Assembly: GCA_947577075.1 (NCBI GenBank)
Contig: CANPTW010000005.1
Location: 2,890-66,889 of the forward strand
Source of the DNA: an uncultured Oscillibacter sp.
Lineage (GTDB): Bacteria; Bacillota; Clostridia; Oscillospirales; Oscillospiraceae
Direction: 5' to 3'
DNA: 64,000 nt
Below, one piece after another: positions 57,040 to 64,000 of the stretch. Below the pieces are notes generated by a model. It had not been told where the DNA came from. It ran no database searches and saw nothing but the letters and a program-made list of their open reading frames with translations. Position 1 is the stretch's first letter. The number at the start of each line of letters is the position of its first letter. The translations under genes were made by a program, and so were the position numbers.

Positions 57040-59573
57040 GGGCGGAGGAGCAGACAAGCCGGCACCTGCTGCTGGCGGTCATAGTTACGGTATTCAGCGG
57101 CCTGCTGGGACTGATTACGCTGTTCCTGGCATGGGAATTCTGGGTGATCCCGCTGATGATGGCCGGCTGTTTCGGCGTATGGCTTCTGCACATCGCGCGG
57201 CTTGGGTCAAACACGCTATATGAAAATTTATGCGCTGGACTGATGCTTATCGAATTCTTCTTTTTCGGTGTGCATGAATCCAGCCTTTTTGATATGCCCG
57301 CCGTGGCCTGCATCCTGATTCTGGCGCTGTTCATGCTGAACAAGAAGTGGATTCTGTACGCGGCGGCGGCCCTGTATGCGCTGGCGCTGGCGTATCATGG
57401 CCTGATCCTCCATACCATCTCCCATCGGATGGGCGTCCGGGACGCGTTTCACCTGGCGCTTGGCGTGGCCGTGACCCTGGGGGGGACGGCGCTGGCGCTG
57501 TACTGGGTCAACCGGCGGAGTGTGCAGCGGAAATGGTATGACCGGGTCTTTGCGGAGCTGGAGTCGGCGGGAAAGCAGAACGCCGTCTTTTTGTCCAACG
57601 TGTCCCACGAGCTCCGCACGCCCATCAACATGGTCATCGGAATCAGCGAGGTGGCCCTGGGGAAGGAGCTGCCCCCGGATATCCGGGCGGACATGTCCTC
57701 CATCAAAATGGCGGGGAAGCGCCTGTCCAACCAGATCAACAACATGCTGGACTATACGGAGATCGTGGAGGGCACGCTGGCCCCGGCCAAAAAAGAGTAT
57801 ATGATTACCTCGGTGCTGAACGACGTCATTACCATGACCGCGCTGCAAAGCAACCGCCAGCACCTGGAGCTGGTGTTTGACATCGACCCGAGGATGCCGG
57901 CGGCCCTGGTGGGGGACGCGGAAAAAATTTCCCATGTGCTCAAAATTTTGGTGGAGAACTCCATCAAATTTACGGAGGAGGGCGGCGTAAACATCCGCAT
58001 AGGCTGCCGCCGGGAGAGCTATGGCGTCAATCTGATCGTTGACATCCGGGACACCGGCATCGGCATGACAAACACCCAGCTGACGCAGATGTACAATGTC
58101 TTTTACCAGGCGGATTCCGGCAGCAGCCGCTTCGCCGGCGGCCTGGGCCTGGGCCTTCCCATCGCCCAGGGCCTTCTGAACGCCATGGGCGGCTTCCTTC
58201 ACTTCGCCAGCGGGGAGCGGCAGGGCCTGTCCGCCCACATCGTGATTCCCCAGGGCGTGGCGGACGAGTGCCCGTGCATCGAGCTCAACCATCCGGACCA
58301 GCTTTGCATCGCGTGCTATTTCAAGCCGGAGACATACAGCTGCGACGAGGTCCGGGAGTACTACGACGGCCTGATTCAAAGCCTGGTGCAGGGGCTTGGC
58401 GCGCGGGGCTATCAGGTACATAATTTTGAGGGCCTTCTCAAGGTGCAGCGCAGCCATAAGCTGACCCATGTGTTCATCGTTCAGTCGGAATACATGGAGA
58501 ACCCGGCGTATTACGAGGAGCTGGCGGAAAGCCTCCGGGTCGTTGTAATCGCGGAGCGGGAGTTTAACCTGAGCCGGGGAAGCCGGCTGGCGATTATGCA
58601 CAAGCCCTTCTCCGCGCTTTCCGTGGCGAACCTGCTGAACGGGGAAACCGGGGAGCGGAGCTTCGCGGAGGACCAGGCCGCGGGCCGGAAGCCCTTCACC
58701 TGCGTGGGCGTCCGGGCTCTGGCGGTGGACGACGAGGAGATGAACCTCGTCGTCGCCAAGGGCGTTCTGGGAAGCTATGGAATCGAGGTGGACACCTGCC
58801 TGAGCGGCCGGGAGGCGGTGGCGCTGTGCGGCAGCATTTCCTATGACATCGTCTTCCTGGACCACATGATGCCCGGGTTCGACGGCGTGGAGACGCTGAA
58901 AAAAATCCGGGAGCTGAAAAACGGCATGTATCAGGACCTGCCGGTGATCGCCCTGACCGCCAACACCGTCAGCGGCGCCCGGGAGATGTTCCGCAATGAG
59001 GGCTTCACCGAGTTTGTCCCGAAGCCCATCGAGCGCACCGTTCTGGAGCGGGTGCTCCGGAAGGTTCTGCCCAAGAGCTGCATCCAATACAGCGAGAGGC
59101 CCACGGGCAGGGGTGCGCCGGCGGAGACCCCTTCGGCGGAGGATACCCGGGAGCCCCTCGCCGTCAAAGCCTGGCCGGAGGCTCCGGCAGAGGCCGGGGA
59201 GGCGTCCGGCGCGCCCGGCCCTTCCTATGACCATCTTGCAGAGGCCGGCGTCAACACGGAGCTGGGCCTGGATTACTGCGCCGGGGACGAGAGCTTTTAT
59301 CTGGAGATGCTGCGGATGTTCTGCGCCCAGGGGCCGGAGAAGCGGGCGGAGATCGCCGCCCTGTATGAAAGCGCCAATTGGGCGGACTACGCGGTGAAGG
59401 TCCATGCTCTGAAAAGCACCTCCCTGACCATCGGGGCGGAGGCGCTCTCCGCCCAGGCCAAGGAGCTGGAGCTGGCGGGGAAACGGGGCGACGCGGACTT
59501 CATCCGGGAGCGTCACGCCGCCCTGCTGCGGGCCCACGAGGCTCTGTGCGCGGAGATTGCCGGGGGAATTTGA
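57036..59573 (+). CDS. Membrane hybrid histidine kinase (HisKA-HATPase-REC-Hpt)
   Basis: SHELRTP, ENSIKFT, DTGIG, FLDHMMP and HALKS. Confidence 0.92.
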   Translation: MRAEEQTSRHLLLAVIVTVFSGLLGLITLFLAWEFWVIPLMMAGCFGVWLLHIARLGSNTLYENLCAGLMLIEFFFFGVHESSLFDMPAVACILILALFMLNKKWILYAAAALYALALAYHGLILHTISHRMGVRDAFHLALGVAVTLGGTALALYWVNRRSVQRKWYDRVFAELESAGKQNAVFLSNVSHELRTPINMVIGISEVALGKELPPDIRADMSSIKMAGKRLSNQINNMLDYTEIVEGTLAPAKKEYMITSVLNDVITMTALQSNRQHLELVFDIDPRMPAALVGDAEKISHVLKILVENSIKFTEEGGVNIRIGCRRESYGVNLIVDIRDTGIGMTNTQLTQMYNVFYQADSGSSRFAGGLGLGLPIAQGLLNAMGGFLHFASGERQGLSAHIVIPQGVADECPCIELNHPDQLCIACYFKPETYSCDEVREYYDGLIQSLVQGLGARGYQVHNFEGLLKVQRSHKLTHVFIVQSEYMENPAYYEELAESLRVVVIAEREFNLSRGSRLAIMHKPFSALSVANLLNGETGERSFAEDQAAGRKPFTCVGVRALAVDDEEMNLVVAKGVLGSYGIEVDTCLSGREAVALCGSISYDIVFLDHMMPGFDGVETLKKIRELKNGMYQDLPVIALTANTVSGAREMFRNEGFTEFVPKPIERTVLERVLRKVLPKSCIQYSERPTGRGAPAETPSAEDTREPLAVKAWPEAPAEAGEASGAPGPSYDHLAEAGVNTELGLDYCAGDESFYLEMLRMFCAQGPEKRAEIAALYESANWADYAVKVHALKSTSLTIGAEALSAQAKELELAGKRGDADFIRERHAALLRAHEALCAEIAGGI

Positions 59574-59626
59574 CGGCTCCCGGCCCTCTTCTTGAAAATG
59601 TCGAGTTCTGAGGAGTGGAAGACTTC

Positions 59627-62326
59627 GTGATAAAAAAATGGTTTGAGATTATTACGGATCACAGGATCAGCCTCCGGGAGCGAATGTTCCGCATTGTGAC
59701 CGGCGTCTGCATGATCGCGATCGCGTTCACCCTGCCCATGGGCAGAAACGTCTGGAACGTCCTGATCATGCTGGCAAGCCTTGTCCTCATGGCGGTGATC
59801 GTCAAAATCAGCATTCGGAAAAAACGAATCCACACGGGCGCCACGCTCATTGCGGTCCTCTTGCTTACGCTGTTCCCCGTTACCTTTTTTTCCGCGGGCG
59901 GCTTTTACAGCGGCGTGCCCGAGTGGTTTGTGCTCTGCTTCATCTATGTCTGCATCACCCTGCAGGGAAGGCGCAGAGCCGTGTTTTTCGGCCTGTGCAC
60001 GGCGGAGACGCTGCTGTGCTACGGCACCGCCTTTTACTACCCGGCCCTTGCCGCGCCGAATACGCAGCATGACGCCCTGTTTGACTCCGCGTTTTCCATG
60101 ATTATGGTGGGACTGCTCACCAGCATCCTGCTCATGTTCCTGAGCCGGATGTACGAGGAGGAAAACGCCCTCTCCCAGCGGCAGAAAAAGGAGATTGAGG
60201 AGCTGAACCGGGCGGAAAATCACTTCTTTTCCAGCATGAGCCACGAGATCCGCACGCCCATTAATACCATCATCGGGCTGAACGAGATTATCCTGCGGGA
60301 GGACATTTCCGAGGAAGTGGCGGAGAACGCCCGGAATATCCAGGGGGCAAGCAAGCTGCTGTTGTCCCTGATCAACGACATTCTGGACATCTCCAAGATC
60401 AAATCCGGGAAGATGGAGATTGTCAACGTCTCCTATGAAACCGGGGCCCTCTTTTCGGAAATCGTCAATATGATCTGGATCAAGGCCAAGGAGAAGGGCC
60501 TGGAGTTCAAGCTCCATGTGGATTCCTCCATTCCCAGCATGCTCTGCGGAGACGAGGTGCGCATCAAGCAGGTCCTGATCAACCTCCTGAACAACGCGGT
60601 AAAGTATACCAGCGAGGGCTCCGTCACCCTGTCCGTCCGGTGCGAGCGCCAGGGGGTCAACCGGGTGCGGGTCTGGTACTCCGTGGAGGATACCGGCCAG
60701 GGCGTGAAGAAGGAGAACATTCCCTATATTTTCAACGCGTTCCGGCGGGTGGATGAGGAGAAGAACCGCTACATCGAGGGGACGGGCCTGGGACTGAGCA
60801 TCGTGCAGCAGCTGGTGGAGCTGATGGGCGGCGAGATCAGCGTGAACAGCGTTTACACCAAGGGCTCCAAGTTTGTGGTCGTCCTGGATCAGGACATTGT
60901 GGACGAGAAGGCGCTGGGGACCTTTACCCTGGCCTCCCGGGCGCATGTGCGGGAGGGCGAAGCCTACCGGCGGAGCTTTGAGGCGCCGGACGCCCATATC
61001 CTCGTGGTGGACGACAACGACATGAACCTGATGGTGGTGAAGAAGCTGCTGGCGGAGACTCACATTCAGATTGACATGGCCCACAGCGGGGCCGAATGCC
61101 TGCGGCTGACCCAGAACCACCATTATGACTGCATTCTCATGGACCACCTGATGCCGGAGATGGACGGAATCGAGTGCCTCCACGCCTTGCGGGTCCAGCC
61201 GGGCGGCCTGTGCCAGGACGTGCCCGTGGTGGCGCTGACCGCCAACGCGGGCAGCGACAACCAGCTCCTTTACCGGAAGGAGGGCTTCAGCGGCTATCTT
61301 GCCAAGCCGGTCAGCGGCGCGCTGCTGGAGGCGGCGGTGCTGAGCATCCTTCCCAAGGTGCTGGTGCGTTTGAACGAGGAAGCCCGGCAGGCGGATATCG
61401 AAAAGGACATCCTGATCTTCGAGCAGGCGCAGCGGCGCTCCGTCCTGGTCACGACGGACAGCGTGTGCGACCTTCCGGAATCCCTCCGGAGAGAATTCGG
61501 CCTTTCCATATGCCCGTATTACGTCTGCACGGAGGAGGGGCGCTTCCTGGACGGGGAGGAGCTGAGGCCGGACGAGCTGCTGGCGCATATTGCCGGGGGG
61601 CGAAAGGGCTGCTCCCGGCCTCCCGAGGTGGAGGACTACGAGCGCTTTTTCGCCCAGAAGCTGACGGAGGCGCAGAACGTCATTCATATTACAATGGCGA
61701 GGCACGTCAGCGAGGGCTATCAAAACGCCTGTGAGGCGGCGAAGTCCTTTGAAAACGTCACGGTCCTCGATTCCGGGCATCTTTCCAGCAGCATGGGGCT
61801 GGCGGTTTTGTGCGCGGCCTATATGGCGGAGCATCACGCCGGGAAGGAGGAAATCCTGGAGGCGGTGAGGCGGATGGAGCGCTTCATTTCCTCCGCGTTT
61901 ATCATCAACAGCACCCATATGATGTGTCAGGCCGGCCGGATTCCGAAACGCATCCAGATTCTCTGCGACGCGCTTTTGCTGCACCCGGTGCTTGCGCTGA
62001 AAAAGAGCCGGATGGTCGTCAGCCGGATGGAGATGGGCAGCTTTTCCCATGTGGCGAAAAAGTACGTCAAAAAGACGCTTCAGAATACCGGAAACATTGA
62101 CCGACGCATTTTGTTCATTACATACTCCGGGATGGAGGAAAAGCGGCTCCAGCATATTCAAAACCTGGTGCAGCAGTACTGCCCCTTTGAGCGGGTCTAC
62201 CTGCAGAAGGCGTCCTCCGCCATCGCCAGCAACTGCGGCCCGGGGTCCTTCGGACTGCTGTTCATGCGGCGGGACGACGCTGCGGTTCCCTTTTTCCAAA
62301 CGGCGGGCCATGATGAGGCCGTATAG
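59627..62326 (+). CDS. Membrane hybrid histidine kinase fused to a C-terminal DegV (fatty-acid-binding) domain
   Basis: SHEIRTP, NNAVKYT and LMDHLMP, then DegV motifs VTTDSVCDL, DSGHLSSSMG and NCGPGSFG. Confidence 0.9.
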   Translation: MIKKWFEIITDHRISLRERMFRIVTGVCMIAIAFTLPMGRNVWNVLIMLASLVLMAVIVKISIRKKRIHTGATLIAVLLLTLFPVTFFSAGGFYSGVPEWFVLCFIYVCITLQGRRRAVFFGLCTAETLLCYGTAFYYPALAAPNTQHDALFDSAFSMIMVGLLTSILLMFLSRMYEEENALSQRQKKEIEELNRAENHFFSSMSHEIRTPINTIIGLNEIILREDISEEVAENARNIQGASKLLLSLINDILDISKIKSGKMEIVNVSYETGALFSEIVNMIWIKAKEKGLEFKLHVDSSIPSMLCGDEVRIKQVLINLLNNAVKYTSEGSVTLSVRCERQGVNRVRVWYSVEDTGQGVKKENIPYIFNAFRRVDEEKNRYIEGTGLGLSIVQQLVELMGGEISVNSVYTKGSKFVVVLDQDIVDEKALGTFTLASRAHVREGEAYRRSFEAPDAHILVVDDNDMNLMVVKKLLAETHIQIDMAHSGAECLRLTQNHHYDCILMDHLMPEMDGIECLHALRVQPGGLCQDVPVVALTANAGSDNQLLYRKEGFSGYLAKPVSGALLEAAVLSILPKVLVRLNEEARQADIEKDILIFEQAQRRSVLVTTDSVCDLPESLRREFGLSICPYYVCTEEGRFLDGEELRPDELLAHIAGGRKGCSRPPEVEDYERFFAQKLTEAQNVIHITMARHVSEGYQNACEAAKSFENVTVLDSGHLSSSMGLAVLCAAYMAEHHAGKEEILEAVRRMERFISSAFIINSTHMMCQAGRIPKRIQILCDALLLHPVLALKKSRMVVSRMEMGSFSHVAKKYVKKTLQNTGNIDRRILFITYSGMEEKRLQHIQNLVQQYCPFERVYLQKASSAIASNCGPGSFGLLFMRRDDAAVPFFQTAGHDEAV

Positions 62327-62719
62327 GCGTTTCGATCAATGGAAGGCGCGTAAAACGGGGGCGCTGCCCGCGAAAGCGGTTCCGTGCCCTCAATTCCAAG
62401 CCTCTTCGGCAAGCTCCAACCCTACCCGCGCGGCGCTCCTTTCTCCGGGGATGCCGCGCGGGTATTCGTCTGCCCGGCGCCGGGCCGGCATCGCTGCGGC
62501 AAGGCCCCGCTCCTGCCCGGGCACTGGGACGTGGCGCCGCTGACCGCCCAATGCCGCCGGGAAAATCTGCGTCCCGCTCTGACGCCGGCCTGTGAATATC
62601 TCAGCAGCCTCTATGCCCCGCGGAACTCCCCCTATGAGCGGCGGCTCCCCTTGGACGCGCCGCCGCAGATCCGGCTTCCGCACCCAAAAGGGCATGGGCA
62701 TCCGGCGTGGGCGGCGGAA

Positions 62720-62796
62720 CGCCTGCAGATGTTTGCCCTGCATCCGGCAAACATTTACCCGAAAATCCGCACATTTTGCTTATGTGAACAGACCCT
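62720..62796. repeat. Half copy (inverted) of the outer 37157 MITE, lacking the nested insert
   Basis: GCCTGCAGATGTTTGCCCTGCATCCGGCAAACATTT…TTATGTGAACAGACCCT. Confidence 0.65.
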
Positions 62797-62807
62797 GAAA
62801 AACGGGA

Positions 62808-62836
62808 TTGTCGAAAGCCGGATGACAGACTATAAT
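62808..62836 (+). promoter_or_regulatory. sigmaA promoter of the hscC-like gene
   Basis: TTGTCG-17-TATAAT. Confidence 0.6.
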
Positions 62837-62887
62837 AAAGCTAGCTTTTTACCGGAGGCGGCTGCCTTCGCGGACAGGAGGATTCAT

Positions 62888-64000
62888 ATGGCAATCATCG
62901 GTATCGACTTAGGCACCACCAACTCCCTGGTCTGCGTCTACCGCAGCGGCAGGGCGGAGCTGATCCCCAACGAGCTGGGGGAGTACAAGACCCCCAGCGC
63001 CGTCAGCTTATTGGAGGACGGGACCGTTCTGGTGGGCGCGGCGGCCAAGGAGCGGTTAATTTCCCACCCGGAGGCCACCGCCGCCTCCTTCAAAATCTGG
63101 ATGGGCACGGAGAAGCCTCTGACCCTGGCGGGCCGGACCTTCAAGCCGGAGGAGCTCTCCGCCCTGGTGCTTCGCCAGCTCCTGGAGGACGCGAAGCGGC
63201 ATCTCGGTGAGCCGGTAGAGGAGGCCGTCATCAGCGTCCCGGCCTACTTCAACGACGACCAGCGCTGTGCCACCAAGCTGGCGGCCCAGCTGGCAGGGCT
63301 GAACGTGAAGCGGCTCATCAACGAGCCCTCCGCCGCCGCCCTGTACCACCGCTACAGTGCCCAGACTGGGGACTGCCAGCTGATGATTGTGGACTTTGGC
63401 GGCGGGACCCTGGATGTGAGCATTGTGGAGTGCTTCGAGAACATCATCGAAATCACGGCCATTGCCGGAGACAACCGTCTGGGCGGGGACGACGTCGACC
63501 GGGCCATTGCCGCCCACTTCTGCCAGGAGAACGGCCTTGCGGAGGAACGACTGTCCCCCTCCCTCCGGGCCTCCCTCTACCGGCAGGCGGAGACGGCCAA
63601 GATTGCCCTTTCCAGCGCCCCGGCGGCGTCCATCTCCCTCCAGCAGGGGGAGACGCGGTACAGCCTCGTCCTCACCAACGACCTGCTCCGCCGGCTCTGC
63701 GGCCCGGTGTTCCAGAAGGTCCGGGGGGTCATCACCCGGGCCATGAAGGACCGCGGCCGGGGCGGCAGGCTGAACGACGTCATCCTGGTGGGCGGCTCCG
63801 CCCAGCTGACGGTGTTCGGGGATTTTCTCGAAGAGCTCTTCGGCCGGAGGCCCCACGTGGCCGCGTCGCCGGATGAGATTGTGGCCCTGGGCGTGGGCCT
63901 CTGCGCGGGCATCAAGGAGCGGGCGGAGGACCTCCAGGACTTGGTGATGACGGACGTGTGCCCCTTCTCCCTGGGAGTCTCCACCTACAGCCGCCGGGAC
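62888..64000 (+). CDS. Hsp70-family chaperone, HscC-like (runs off the window)
   Basis: IGIDLGTTNS, SVPAYFND, INEPSAAA, DFGGGTLDVS and LVGGS. Confidence 0.9.
   Translation, partial: MAIIGIDLGTTNSLVCVYRSGRAELIPNELGEYKTPSAVSLLEDGTVLVGAAAKERLISHPEATAASFKIWMGTEKPLTLAGRTFKPEELSALVLRQLLEDAKRHLGEPVEEAVISVPAYFNDDQRCATKLAAQLAGLNVKRLINEPSAAALYHRYSAQTGDCQLMIVDFGGGTLDVSIVECFENIIEITAIAGDNRLGGDDVDRAIAAHFCQENGLAEERLSPSLRASLYRQAETAKIALSSAPAASISLQQGETRYSLVLTNDLLRRLCGPVFQKVRGVITRAMKDRGRGGRLNDVILVGGSAQLTVFGDFLEELFGRRPHVAASPDEIVALGVGLCAGIKERAEDLQDLVMTDVCPFSLGVSTYSRRD

Noticed and set aside
62330-62720. Short ORFs in GC-rich intergenic DNA (also 12195-12490 and 18090-18480)
   Set aside because: Pro/Arg/Gly-rich translations with no RBS or motifs; probably non-coding or decayed repeats.
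1-64000. CRISPR array, retron/DGR reverse transcriptase, or rRNA
   Set aside because: I saw no regularly spaced repeats, no cas or RT motifs and no rRNA-like sequence.

Overview
GC-rich Firmicutes (Clostridia, Oscillospiraceae-like) chromosomal window. Bases 1-8,000 are a mobile-element hotspot around tRNA-Arg(ACG). It contains the end of a tyrosine-integrase element, an IS200/IS605-like non-autonomous element and a truncated filamentous-phage (inovirus-like) module. The phage module carries an IS110 whose bridge-RNA guides can be read from the sequence and target a Shine-Dalgarno site. Next is an orphan operon of a small protein, a half-size HsdS and an HsdM with a degenerate catalytic motif, followed by a nucleoside kinase. 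A tightly coupled four-gene operon (STAS/GHKL ATPase, PRTase-like, HD-PRTase fusion, ThyX) is the best candidate for an undescribed nucleotide-centred conflict or defence system. The rest of the window holds a roughly 20 kb sugar-acid catabolic island with two LarA-family proteins, a family of MITE-like repeats (one nested), a Cro/C1-linked membrane-protein and Sel1 cluster, a YesMN-regulated sugar ABC-ALDH-GalM unit, two hybrid histidine kinases (one fused to DegV) and the 5' part of an HscC-type Hsp70. All calls come from motif recognition by eye; no searches were run.
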